DNA of 64,000 nucleotides from an uncultured Candidatus Saccharibacteria bacterium (lineage in GTDB: Bacteria; Patescibacteriota; WWE3; UBA101185; UBA10185): positions 122,583-186,582 of the forward strand of contig CAYLMU010000002.1 of NCBI GenBank assembly GCA_964385105.1, given 5' to 3'. The position numbers and the translations under genes were made by a program. Below are positions 1 through 9,765 of the stretch, piece after piece (position 1 is the stretch's first letter; every line of letters begins with the position of its first letter). The notes under the pieces are model-generated. The model was not told the origin of the DNA, searched no databases, and saw only the letters and a list, made by a program, of their open reading frames with translations.

Positions 1-19
1 CTCTGCAAGTTCTGACGTA

Positions 20-301
20 GTGCCAAGCTCAGATATGTTTTATGAGAATGGTTGGGAGCATTCGTATGACATTGGAAATTATCGAATTAGTGGAGTGAGT
101 GCTTCAGGTGTATTGGGTGAAGAATACGCATATTTATTTCTTAATGATAATTTGATTAAAACTGCAATCGTTAAAATGCAAAAGAATTCGATAATAATTG
201 ACGGTACAAATGAACAGTTACAATATGATTGTCCTTGTTCAATCGACTTCGAAGTATTTGAAAGTGACGAAGTGGATATTAATGACTATCTCGTACAGTA
301 A
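20..301 (+). CDS. Hypothetical protein, probably the 3' part of a gene entering from the left edge
   Basis: ORF at window edge converging on pheT; no recognised motif. Confidence 0.4.
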   Translation: MPSSDMFYENGWEHSYDIGNYRISGVSASGVLGEEYAYLFLNDNLIKTAIVKMQKNSIIIDGTNEQLQYDCPCSIDFEVFESDEVDINDYLVQ

Positions 302-2246
302 CGCCAAAATCAGAGCTTAACTTATTTAATAATTTTTCTTTAACAGTTTCTACATTATTTGTAGTAACTTGATTTCCGTCAAATTCTATTCTTACCAGAA
401 CAGCTTTTTTTGAATCCCCGAATTTATTAGTATCAGTAAATTCTTCAAGTACTGCTATGCTTGAAATCGACTTATCAAATTTTTCTATCATAGAATAAAT
501 GGGGCCAAAAGCCGTCTCACTATCTAAAATTAAAGAAACGTCTTCTGCAATTACGTTTGGAATTTGTTGTTTAATATAAGTGATTTCCTTTTTAGACGCC
601 AAAAGATTTACATTATTCAAAATAATATGGTCATTTTTGATTTTTGCAATCTCCAAGTTTTCCTGAAAAACTATTGCTTCCGATTTATCACTTAATTCAT
701 ATTTAACATTTACGATTCCCAAATTTTTAAGCAACCCCGAAAGCAACCCTCTCAAGTATTTATTATTATCCTCAAAGGACTTTTCTATATGTGTGTAAAT
801 AATTACTGTTTCACGCGTCTCGCTGTAATCTGCTATATCACTGCCATCTCCGGCTAGTTTATATGTTTTTCCTATTTCAAAAAGCCCTGCTTCTTTTTTT
901 CTATGCTTTTTGTAAATATCTACTACAGGTTTTAAAGTTTCATACATAGAAATTCTAAGTGCGTTTTTTTCTGATGATAAAGCGTTTTGCAGCATTACAA
1001 GTTCCCGTTCGTTGTCGTTGTAAGCAACGAGAGGGTCAGTAATGTGTTCGTGTAAGCCGATTTTTACCAACTCATCCCGTAATTTTTCTTCAAAGCGCAC
1101 AATTTTGGGAGTTATTTCTTTTGGAGGGGCTGAGTTAATTGGTCTTTGGGGTATTTTGTTATACCCGTGAATTCTTAAAATATCCGCTGCCAAATCATCT
1201 TCAACTTCAATATCAGTTCTAAAATAAGGCACTTTTAATTTCAAAGAGTTTTCGTGTGTGTTTTCTTCAATAGTTGTGTATTCAAGAGCTATAAGTATTT
1301 CTTTAACCTTTTCTATTCCAAATTCCATGCCGCTTATTTGCTTAATTCTATCAAGTCGAAGTGTCATTTCTTTTAAGCCCCACTCTTCAGGATACCAATC
1401 TTCATTTTCGTAATATTCACCGCCGGCCAGCTCTAAAATTAAATGTGTTGCCCGTTCAATGGCTACTTGTGTTAAATGAGGGTGCAAAAATTTATCGTAT
1501 CTTAGAACCGTCTCATTTTGGATTTTTAATCTGCGTGACGTTCTTCGTACATTTGTTTGATTATAATTACCGGCATCCAAAACAATATTTACCGTTTTTT
1601 CGTCTACTGCAGTTTCTTTGCCTCCTACAACGCCACCAATTACGCTTGGTTTACCGGCTTGTGTGAGTACAAAAGTGTTTTCATCAAGTTTTACCGTTTC
1701 GCCAAGTAAAGTTACAATTTCTTCTCCATGCCTTGCTCGCCTAATGACAATTTCTTTTGCTTCCATTTTATCAGTGTCTTGAGCGTGCATAGGTTGGCCG
1801 TATTCAATCATTACATAATTTGTAATATCAACAATGTTGTTTTTTGACGCAATTCCATACGCTTCTAAACGCTTTTTCAGCCATTCAGGAGATTCACCTA
1901 CTTTTACACCTTTAAAAACTCGTGTATTAAAACGGTTTACCAGGTCTTCACACTGAACTTCTATTTTGATTTTGGATTCTTCTGTCGGTTTATGGCCTTT
2001 TTGTGTGTGACGTGGAGGGTAGTTGATTTCAAGCTGCTCAAACGCTGCCAGGTCTCTTGCACATCCAAGAATAGACAACCAATCAGACCTATCCATTCTG
2101 TGTTCTAAATCAAGAATTGCTTCCTGCTCATCATTCTTTGTGACCTTTTCAAGCATTAATCCAAGCAAAGTAAAAGATTCACCAATTTCACGCGGTGTTT
2201 TTTGTATGTTTACATATTCATTTAGCCATTCTAATGGTATTTTCAT
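279..2246 (-). CDS. pheT: Phenylalanine--tRNA ligase beta subunit (short form without the N-terminal OB insert)
   Basis: MKIPLEWL start, RSDWLS, NNIVDITNYVMIEYGQPMHA, RTDIEVEDDL motifs; follows pheS. Confidence 0.95.
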   Translation of the reverse strand: MKIPLEWLNEYVNIQKTPREIGESFTLLGLMLEKVTKNDEQEAILDLEHRMDRSDWLSILGCARDLAAFEQLEINYPPRHTQKGHKPTEESKIKIEVQCEDLVNRFNTRVFKGVKVGESPEWLKKRLEAYGIASKNNIVDITNYVMIEYGQPMHAQDTDKMEAKEIVIRRARHGEEIVTLLGETVKLDENTFVLTQAGKPSVIGGVVGGKETAVDEKTVNIVLDAGNYNQTNVRRTSRRLKIQNETVLRYDKFLHPHLTQVAIERATHLILELAGGEYYENEDWYPEEWGLKEMTLRLDRIKQISGMEFGIEKVKEILIALEYTTIEENTHENSLKLKVPYFRTDIEVEDDLAADILRIHGYNKIPQRPINSAPPKEITPKIVRFEEKLRDELVKIGLHEHITDPLVAYNDNERELVMLQNALSSEKNALRISMYETLKPVVDIYKKHRKKEAGLFEIGKTYKLAGDGSDIADYSETRETVIIYTHIEKSFEDNNKYLRGLLSGLLKNLGIVNVKYELSDKSEAIVFQENLEIAKIKNDHIILNNVNLLASKKEITYIKQQIPNVIAEDVSLILDSETAFGPIYSMIEKFDKSISSIAVLEEFTDTNKFGDSKKAVLVRIEFDGNQVTTNNVETVKEKLLNKLSSDFGVTVRDSH

Positions 2247-2249
2247 ATT

Positions 2250-3254
2250 TTATTCGTAAACTATTCCCCCACCATATAATTTTCTAATATCATCAATATT
2301 ATATTTTTGCATTACTAGCCTGTCTAAGCCAATTCCGAACGCATAACCGGTATAAACATCAGGGTCGATTCCACTCATTTGCAATGTGTTGTAGTGAATC
2401 ATGCCACTACCCAAAACCTCAATCCACCCTCTTTCTTTACAAACCGAACAACCTGTACCATTACAAAATTTGCATTTCATATCAACTCCTAAGCCCGGCG
2501 AAACTTCAGGGTAATACTTGTATCTAAATCTCACTTCTGTATCGTTGCCATATAAAAATTTGTGAAAGTCCTCCAAAACAGACATTAAATTTTGAATTGT
2601 AATGCCTTTATCTACTACGACCCCCTGATATTGATGAAAAAAAGCGGCATTTGTAACACTTGTGGTTTCGTTTCTATAAACCTTACCTGAAACAACAACT
2701 CTTATAGGAGGTGAATATTCTTCAAGTACACGTGCCTCAACAGAAGAAGTATGTGTTCTTAATAAAATATCGTCACTGTACACAAAAAGAGAGTCTTGCA
2801 AGTCGGTTGCGGGGTGGCCCTCGGGTAAATTTAAACGTCTAAAATTGTATTCTGCTGTTTCTATCTCAGGACCTTCTGCAATTGAAAATCCATGATACCT
2901 AAAAAACTCATTCATTTCTCTTATTACTTGCGTTGTAGGATGCAAATAGCCGGTTTTAACAGGTTGTTGTGGGATTGTCGGGTCAATTTGTATGTTTGTA
3001 GCTAAATGCAGGTTATATGCGGTTTTAGTGTCTTCCAAGGCATCTTTTAGTTCATCCTGCAGCTCATTAATTAATGGACCATATATCTTTTTCTCCTCAG
3101 TTGTTAGTTTTGGAATTTCCTTAACAATTTCGGTTACAAGCCCATGTGTTTTTGAAAAATATTTTAAATACAGCTCGTCAAACTGTCCGGTTTTAGTTGT
3201 ATTTTGCAAATCTTTTTCAAATCTGTTTTTAATATCTTTTAGTACTTCGTCCAT
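2250..3254 (-). CDS. pheS: Phenylalanine--tRNA ligase alpha subunit
   Basis: HPATDLQD, LLRTHTS, GKVYRNE, GWIEVLGSGM, AFGIGLDRL class II motifs. Confidence 0.97.
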   Translation of the reverse strand: MDEVLKDIKNRFEKDLQNTTKTGQFDELYLKYFSKTHGLVTEIVKEIPKLTTEEKKIYGPLINELQDELKDALEDTKTAYNLHLATNIQIDPTIPQQPVKTGYLHPTTQVIREMNEFFRYHGFSIAEGPEIETAEYNFRRLNLPEGHPATDLQDSLFVYSDDILLRTHTSSVEARVLEEYSPPIRVVVSGKVYRNETTSVTNAAFFHQYQGVVVDKGITIQNLMSVLEDFHKFLYGNDTEVRFRYKYYPEVSPGLGVDMKCKFCNGTGCSVCKERGWIEVLGSGMIHYNTLQMSGIDPDVYTGYAFGIGLDRLVMQKYNIDDIRKLYGGGIVYE

Positions 3255-3367
3255 TATCCTTTAGTTTAACAGGAAATTAGTTAAATTTTAATAATTTGGT
3301 ATATGATATGGTAAAGTAGCTGTTTATTAAACTCTTTTAATGAAGGGTATATTGTGTTTTTCTACTT

Positions 3368-3730
3368 TTATTTTTTGGATGATTTCTCTTTTACAGCCTC
3401 GACAATCTGTTTAAAGGCTTCAGTGTCATGAATTGCAATTTCTGACAACATTTTTCTATTTAGCTCTATATTTGAATCTTTCAATCCTTTAATAAATCGG
3501 CTGTAATTTATATCAAATGGAGTTAATGCTGCAGAAATTCTAATAATCCAAAGTTTTCTAATATCTCTTTTTCTTCTTTTCCTACCTGCAAATTGATGCT
3601 CGGTAGCTCTCATTGCAGCTTCTTTAGCTCTTCTAAGCAGTTTGCTTCTGCTTAATCTATAGCCTTTTGTTTGTGTTAATATTTTATTTCTTCTTTGTGT
3701 GCCTCTTGGGCCTCTTTTTACTCTTGTCAT
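3368..3730 (-). CDS. rplT: 50S ribosomal protein L20
   Basis: MTRVKRG...RKLWIIRISAA...LNRKMLSEIA; infC-rpmI-rplT order. Confidence 0.97.
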   Translation of the reverse strand: MTRVKRGPRGTQRRNKILTQTKGYRLSRSKLLRRAKEAAMRATEHQFAGRKRRKRDIRKLWIIRISAALTPFDINYSRFIKGLKDSNIELNRKMLSEIAIHDTEAFKQIVEAVKEKSSKK

Positions 3731-3731
3731 T

Positions 3732-3938
3732 TTATTTTACATTTTTGGCATGTTTGCCAAGCATTTTCTTAAACTGTTTAATATAACCTTTTGTGTCCAT
3801 TTCTTCAAGACCGGTTTTTCTATGAAACTTATTAGCATTCCATTTTCTTTTCAGATGCCCGGTTCGATTTTGTTTTTTTAAAACTTTACCGCTTTTAGTT
3901 ATTTTTATTCTTTTTAATAATGTTTTTCTTGTTTTCAT
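3732..3938 (-). CDS. rpmI: 50S ribosomal protein L35
   Basis: KT..KRIKITKSGKV...GHL; position between infC and rplT. Confidence 0.92.
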   Translation of the reverse strand: MKTRKTLLKRIKITKSGKVLKKQNRTGHLKRKWNANKFHRKTGLEEMDTKGYIKQFKKMLGKHAKNVK

Positions 3939-3939
3939 A

Positions 3940-4449
3940 TTATTTTTTTGTAAGCAAAACCGTTAGACTACTACCTACCCTTTTTACTCCGCCTTCGCTT
4001 TTTGCTATATCTTCAAGTTCTTTTATAAATTTATTTACCTTTTCAATGCTCAATTCCGGATAAGCGTTCTCACGCCCTTTCATACGAAGTGTGATTTTTA
4101 CACTGTTTCCATCTTCAATAAATTCTCTTGCCCGTTCTGCTTTGATTTTAATTGCATTTTCATCTATTGAAGCACTTAATCTAACCTCTTTCATTTCGCT
4201 GCTTTTTGATGCTGCTTTTGAATGTGCTTTTTTCTTTTCCTGCTCGTACAAAAACTTATTAAAATCTAAGATTTTTGCAACAGGCGGGTTTGCGCTCTCT
4301 GTTATTACCACTAAGTCAAGTTCTTTATCATATGCTCTTTGTAAAGCTTCATTAGTCTTTATTATTCCTACGTTTTCACCCTCATCCGTAATTAACCGTA
4401 CCTCGGGATATCTTATCTTTTCGTTTATTTTGTAATATTTATTTGCTAT
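3940..4449 (-). CDS. infC: Translation initiation factor IF-3, non-canonical ATA start
   Basis: Frame stays open upstream of the ORF-track start: ANKYYKINEKIRYPEVRLI...; GGAGG 5 nt before ATA at 4449. Confidence 0.92.
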   Translation of the reverse strand: MANKYYKINEKIRYPEVRLITDEGENVGIIKTNEALQRAYDKELDLVVITESANPPVAKILDFNKFLYEQEKKKAHSKAASKSSEMKEVRLSASIDENAIKIKAERAREFIEDGNSVKITLRMKGRENAYPELSIEKVNKFIKELEDIAKSEGGVKRVGSSLTVLLTKK

Positions 4450-4512
4450 ACATTCCTCCGTTAACCATGTTAAGTTACCATAAATACAGGCTTTTGGTCA
4501 ATATTATGCTGG

Positions 4513-6309
4513 TTATAGCTCAAGTGATTTCCCTGTTATTTTATCTTTAACTCGATTTATTATCTCGTCAATCGGCAATGCACCTAAATTTTCACCTGTT
4601 CTTAGTCTCACACTTGCAGTGTTATTTTCTACTTCCCTATCGCCCACAATGAGCATATAAGGGATTTTTTGTTCTTGTGCTTCACGGATTTTTGATTGCA
4701 TGGTTGAATCTTTGTCATTCACTTCAGTACGTATACCGCTACTTTCAAATGTACTTTTTAACCTATATACATAATCCACGTGATTTTCAGAAATTGGAAT
4801 TAGTTTTACTTGCACAGGTGAAAGCCATACGGGCAATGCTCCTTTTGTACTTTCAAGCAAATAAGCAATAAATCTATGATATGAGCCCAATATTGCACGG
4901 TGAATCATAACAGGAGTTTTTTCATGACCGTCTTGTGCAATATATGTTAATCCAAATCTTTTTGGCATGGCAAAATCAATTTGAACCGTTCCAAGTTGTC
5001 TGTCGTTTCCAAGTGCATCTTTAAACATAATATCTATTTTTGGACCATAGAGGGCTGCTTCACCTTCCATAACTTTACCCCCCAAACCAAGCGTGTCGTT
5101 AACCTCAAGCAGTATTTTTTGTGCATTTTCCCAGTCGCTATCATTTCCTATATACTTTTCAGGTGTGTCTGGGTCTCTAAATGACAACGAAACCCAGTGT
5201 TCACCCCACATGCCAAAAACCTTATAAAAATTTTCCATGACTTTTATTAGTTTTATAGCTTCATCCTTTACTTGTTCGGGAGTGCAAAATGTATGGCCAT
5301 CATCTATTTCAAATGATCTTGCTCTGTTTAAACCAACCATAGATCCCGGTTTTTCGTCACGATGTTGCTGTGTGGATTCAACATAAGCAATCGGCAAGTC
5401 GCGGTAACTTCTTTGTCTTGATGAGTAAATTTGTGTGTGATGCGGGCAATTTACAGGTTTTAACACAAATTCTTCGTCATAATGACTAATTACCTTAAAT
5501 AACTCATCTTTGAACTTTTCTGCGTGCCCCGAAATTTCGTAAAGATTAATTTTTGCCATGTGAGGTATATCAACTTCTTTTGCCCCAAATTCCTTGCTCA
5601 CTCCCAGCAAATAATTTCTAAGCTCATTCTTTATAATTGTCCCGTTTGGTGTGTACAGTACTAGCCCTTTACCTACAAGTTCAGAAGTCGTAAAAATGTC
5701 TAAAGTATTATTTAGCTTTCTATGATCACGTTCAGCTTGTTCTTCAATAAATTTTAGATATTGAGCAAGATTTTCTTTCGAATCAAAAGCAGTCCCATAA
5801 ATTCTTTGCAGCATCTTGTTTTTTTCGTCGCCTTTGTAATACGCCCCTGCTACGCTAAGCAATTTAAAAGCTTTTATTTCACCGGTGCTGTTAACATGTG
5901 GACCCGCACATAAGTCAAGATCGTAATATTCGTCACCTTCATTTCCAATGCTATATAAAGTAATTTTCTCATTTCTGGATTCAATTTCATTTATAGTGTC
6001 GAGTTTGTAAGGATTGTTTTTAAAAATTTCTCTTGCTTCATCAAAAGTGATTTCATAACATGCTATAGGTAAGTCAGCATCTATAATTTCCTGCATTTTA
6101 GCCTCTATTTTTGCAAAATCTTCCGGGCTAATACTTTCATCTAAATCAAAATCAAAATAAAAGCCATTTTCAATAGGCGGTCCCATAACTTTTTTCAAAT
6201 TCGGATATAATTTCTGCATCGCGGTATGAAGCACATGTTCAGCGCTATGTCTTAAGGGCATTAATGGATCATTTTTAAGTTTGTCTATAACTTTTTGTTT
6301 TTCTGACAT
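4513..6309 (-). CDS. thrS: Threonine--tRNA ligase
   Basis: RHSAEH, DLCAGPHV, LKPVNCPHH, YGPKID, MIHRAILGS motifs. Confidence 0.97.
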   Translation of the reverse strand: MSEKQKVIDKLKNDPLMPLRHSAEHVLHTAMQKLYPNLKKVMGPPIENGFYFDFDLDESISPEDFAKIEAKMQEIIDADLPIACYEITFDEAREIFKNNPYKLDTINEIESRNEKITLYSIGNEGDEYYDLDLCAGPHVNSTGEIKAFKLLSVAGAYYKGDEKNKMLQRIYGTAFDSKENLAQYLKFIEEQAERDHRKLNNTLDIFTTSELVGKGLVLYTPNGTIIKNELRNYLLGVSKEFGAKEVDIPHMAKINLYEISGHAEKFKDELFKVISHYDEEFVLKPVNCPHHTQIYSSRQRSYRDLPIAYVESTQQHRDEKPGSMVGLNRARSFEIDDGHTFCTPEQVKDEAIKLIKVMENFYKVFGMWGEHWVSLSFRDPDTPEKYIGNDSDWENAQKILLEVNDTLGLGGKVMEGEAALYGPKIDIMFKDALGNDRQLGTVQIDFAMPKRFGLTYIAQDGHEKTPVMIHRAILGSYHRFIAYLLESTKGALPVWLSPVQVKLIPISENHVDYVYRLKSTFESSGIRTEVNDKDSTMQSKIREAQEQKIPYMLIVGDREVENNTASVRLRTGENLGALPIDEIINRVKDKITGKSLEL

Positions 6310-6375
6310 GGTTTTGTCCTTTCTTTAATATTGTAACTGATTTTAACCTGTAATTAAACGAAAAGTCATTATTCT

Positions 6376-6822
6376 TTAAACTTTTGTGAGCTTGAATGTT
6401 AAAAGGGCTTTTCTTGCTTCGTCCGTTAAATTTTGCTCCAGCGCTTCTTCGGGTGCTATCCACTTATATTCACTATGTTCTTCGCTCAATTTTACATTGT
6501 GGCTTATAGGTGTTGCTTTATAAGTGATAGAAACTAACGGAAGTCCTTTATATTTGCCATCTCCAATCAAAAAACTCTCAACATATGTTACCGTATCGGA
6601 AACCTTGACTAAAATACCGGTTTCTTCAAGCACCTCACGTTCAAGAGCGTTGTTTATATCTTGCCCTAGATCTAGTTTACCACCGGGGAATTCCCATTTG
6701 TTTGCCTGCCATGAATCTGTTTCTGATCTTTTGATAATTAAGATATCACCATCATTATTTATAATTGCTGTCCGGTTTATTAACACAACTCGTGGTCTGG
6801 ATTTTATATAACTTTTTGCCAT
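6376..6822 (-). CDS. NUDIX hydrolase (MutT-like)
   Basis: WEFPGGKLD...ALEREVLEETG Nudix box. Confidence 0.9.
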   Translation of the reverse strand: MAKSYIKSRPRVVLINRTAIINNDGDILIIKRSETDSWQANKWEFPGGKLDLGQDINNALEREVLEETGILVKVSDTVTYVESFLIGDGKYKGLPLVSITYKATPISHNVKLSEEHSEYKWIAPEEALEQNLTDEARKALLTFKLTKV

Positions 6823-6851
6823 GCGGTTATTCTAACACTATAATCGAGCAA

Positions 6852-7595
6852 ATGATTCTTAATATTTACAAACCAAAAAACTGGACAAGCTTTGATGTTG
6901 TTGCCAAAACCCGGGGTATAATTAGAGAATTTGAAAGTAAAAAAGTAAAAGTAGGCCATGCCGGAACATTAGACCCGCTTGCTACAGGAGTTCTTATAGT
7001 GTTAACTCACAACGATACCAAAAAACAAAGCGAGTTTATGAAAATGGCAAAAGAATATAAAGCAAAAATTGCATTAGGTGCATATTCGGATACATATGAT
7101 TTAGAAGGTAAATTGCATTTCTCAGACTTAGAATTTAATTTACCGCAACTGGAAACCCGCATTCATCAAATTTTACCCGATTTTATTGGTGAAATAGAAC
7201 AAACAGTACCTTTTTACTCTGCTGTTAAAGTTGGAGGTAAAGCATTATACAAAAAGGCAAGGTCAGGAGAAATTTTAGAAAATGAACTTCCCGTCAAAAG
7301 AATTAATATTTATAGTATTGAAATATTAAATTTTGAGTATGAACAATTCTCACAATTTAATGTTAAACTTCCTGTTCTAACTTGCAAAATCAATTGTAGC
7401 AGCGGAACATACATAAGATCGATTGCAAACGATTTGGGGGTCGCTTTAGGAACAAAAGCAGTTCTTACAGACTTAGAAAGAACCAAAGTCGGTGAGTTTT
7501 CTATAAATAATGCAATAAATATAAATGACTTAAAGACTAAAATTTCAGAACTTCACGCTCAACAACTTCCTTCTCAATTTGAAAAAAGCCGGTAG
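6852..7595 (+). CDS. truB: tRNA pseudouridine(55) synthase
   Basis: KVGHAGTLDPLATGVL, CSSGTYIRS; ATG at 6852 preferred over the upstream TTG. Confidence 0.95.
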   Translation: MILNIYKPKNWTSFDVVAKTRGIIREFESKKVKVGHAGTLDPLATGVLIVLTHNDTKKQSEFMKMAKEYKAKIALGAYSDTYDLEGKLHFSDLEFNLPQLETRIHQILPDFIGEIEQTVPFYSAVKVGGKALYKKARSGEILENELPVKRINIYSIEILNFEYEQFSQFNVKLPVLTCKINCSSGTYIRSIANDLGVALGTKAVLTDLERTKVGEFSINNAININDLKTKISELHAQQLPSQFEKSR

Positions 7596-8373
7596 ATTTG
7601 GCTAATTTAAACAAAAAGCCCACTGTAGAAGAAAAAATCACCAAAACCAAAAAATTCAGAAATTGTATGAATCCTAAGGCTACAAGGGCTAATAAGGGTA
7701 AAACATAATCTCTGTAGGTAAATACATATTTGTTAACTTCTGTTTCAATCAATTCTTCTACATTTATTAAATTAGAAAAACCATATTGATTTAGAGGCTG
7801 AAACGTGGGGCTTTGCATTATAAAATTCTCAACCTGTTCACCAACTTCTGACGCGATTAAGTTACCAATATCTATATTCTTATTTGAAGGCTCCATTAGT
7901 ATTAAAGCACCGCCTACAAGAGCAAAAATAAATAATAACCCGCGTGTTGATACCCTTAAAATAATTCGGGGATTAAACGAAATGAGCTGACTTTTTAAAC
8001 TTGAGGCAAAATATATGTCATATGTTATTAAAGTTAACCCGATTATTGTCAGTGCAAATGCATACGTTGGGTTAATTTGCACAACTCTAACAAAAATGCC
8101 TAAACATACCGGAATAGATACAACTATATACTGTTCCCACTTATTCCATATACCAATTGTAAGCGCATAGGTGTATGCAAGAAGTAAAAGTCCAATAGCA
8201 AGCAGAATAACCATATTTGTTGGAGGAGAAAAATAATCTCTTAGTTGTGCATATGCGGCCATTAACGAGGTAAGCAGGTATGACTCAATAAATAATAAAA
8301 GTGCCAGAAATACAGTTTTAATGATGGGAACTATATCTTTTTTTTGAGGAAGGTTTTCTGGCATTACATTCAA
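7537..8373 (-). CDS. Multi-pass membrane protein, unknown function
   Basis: Several hydrophobic helices. Confidence 0.7.
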   Translation of the reverse strand: MNVMPENLPQKKDIVPIIKTVFLALLLFIESYLLTSLMAAYAQLRDYFSPPTNMVILLAIGLLLLAYTYALTIGIWNKWEQYIVVSIPVCLGIFVRVVQINPTYAFALTIIGLTLITYDIYFASSLKSQLISFNPRIILRVSTRGLLFIFALVGGALILMEPSNKNIDIGNLIASEVGEQVENFIMQSPTFQPLNQYGFSNLINVEELIETEVNKYVFTYRDYVLPLLALVALGFIQFLNFLVLVIFSSTVGFLFKLAKSTGFFQIEKEVVEREVLKF

Positions 8374-8390
8374 TTATGCTCAATAAATGA

Positions 8391-8951
8391 TTAGAGGGCA
8401 AGTAAAATTACAACCGCAATCGTTAATAAGCTTAGTTCAATAATTAATATAGGGCTTGGACGCAGGTAAATATCGCGAATCCAGTTTTCGTTGCCGTACT
8501 TTTTTATTGTTTCTTTAAGTTCTCTCGGATTCCATGTTGAGAAAAGCTTTTTATGTGTAAACTTTCCTTCTGGTGTTGTGAAAAGTTTAATTCGCTTGTG
8601 TGATAAAGGCCAGAACAACTTCATTCCCCAGCCTGTATTAAAGGGCATTATGTCATGCAGTAAATGTGCCGTTATGTTAAGTGTAAACGCTGTACCTATA
8701 ATTTTACCGAAAATTAAGTATACAGCTATAGCTATAGGGATGTATATGGCCGGGTAATGAGTATACTCACCGTGAAATCCCTGAATCTTACCACCTATTC
8801 TTCCCCGTTGAAAAAGTTCAATAGGTGTGTCAAAATCAGGCAAAAGACCAAAAATAATATTTAAAATTATAAATGCGGGAGTTAACGGTACATCAAAGTG
8901 TGATGAAACAAAATATGATATTAAAACACTCATTCCTATATCCCAGAACAT
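8391..8951 (-). CDS. Membrane-bound metal-dependent hydrolase (YdjM-like)
   Basis: LLPDFD, H..YTH, HLLHD, G.KLFWP pattern. Confidence 0.7.
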   Translation of the reverse strand: MFWDIGMSVLISYFVSSHFDVPLTPAFIILNIIFGLLPDFDTPIELFQRGRIGGKIQGFHGEYTHYPAIYIPIAIAVYLIFGKIIGTAFTLNITAHLLHDIMPFNTGWGMKLFWPLSHKRIKLFTTPEGKFTHKKLFSTWNPRELKETIKKYGNENWIRDIYLRPSPILIIELSLLTIAVVILLAL

Positions 8952-9004
8952 AAGAACATTTTCTCTTATTAAAGTATTTCAGACAAGTGATATACATTTT
9001 TTAT

Positions 9005-9697
9005 ATGAGCAAACCCTTTACTAAAGACTTTTATTGGGGTGCAAGTACTTCTGCACACCAGGTTGAAGGCAATAATTACAATAGCTGGACAGTTTGGGAA
9101 GAAAGTAAAGAAAATATTGAAAATTCGGGAATTGCATGCGACCACTATAATCGTTTTGAAGAGGATTTTGATTTGGCTAAGAAGTTAAATCACAATGCGC
9201 ACAGATTTTCTATTGAATGGTCAAGAATCGAGCCTGAAGAAGGAATATTTAATAAAAATGAGCTTGAGCATTATAAAAATGTAATTCTTGCTTTGAGAAC
9301 ACGTGTTAATTGGATGTTTGGTAGAAATAAAAATGAAAAGGTGTCAGATTTAGGTTGGGAGTTTTATCCGCAGGGTATTTATAATGTTCTTAAAGATCTT
9401 TACGAAAAATATAAAAAAACGCTATATGTAACTGAAAGTGGTTTGGCTGATGCAAAAGACATACATAGAGTATGGTATATAGAAGAAACGGTGAAGGCTA
9501 TGCACCTTGTACTAGACGAAGGTGTTGATTTAAAGGGATATATGCACTGGTCATTAATTGACAACTTTGAGTGGGCGCATGGATTTTGGCCTCGTTTTGG
9601 CCTTATTGAAATTGACCGAAATAATAATTTACAAAGAAAAGTACGAAAAAGTGCATTAAGATATTCTGAGATTATTAATAATAATGGAGAGCTTTAA
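9005..9697 (+). pseudogene. Glycoside hydrolase family 1 with large in-frame internal deletion
   Basis: FYWGASTSAHQVEG, RFSIEWSRIEP, VTESG, WSLIDNFEW present, but the TL.HF and NEP acid/base region is missing; only about 230 aa. Confidence 0.75.
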
Positions 9698-9765
9698 TTT
9701 TTTTTGAGTGCATACCTTTATAAATCTTGTTTTTTTGCTATTATTTAGGTGTTTTAAAGGGTTCA

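Noticed and set aside
3255-3367. T-box or attenuator upstream of pheS
   Set aside because: Region is short and AT-rich, with no T-box consensus or Phe-rich leader peptide
1361-6811. Numerous antisense ORFs over pheT, pheS, infC, thrS and nudix (and similar ones elsewhere)
   Set aside because: They overlap well-supported genes on the opposite strand and have no motifs of their own
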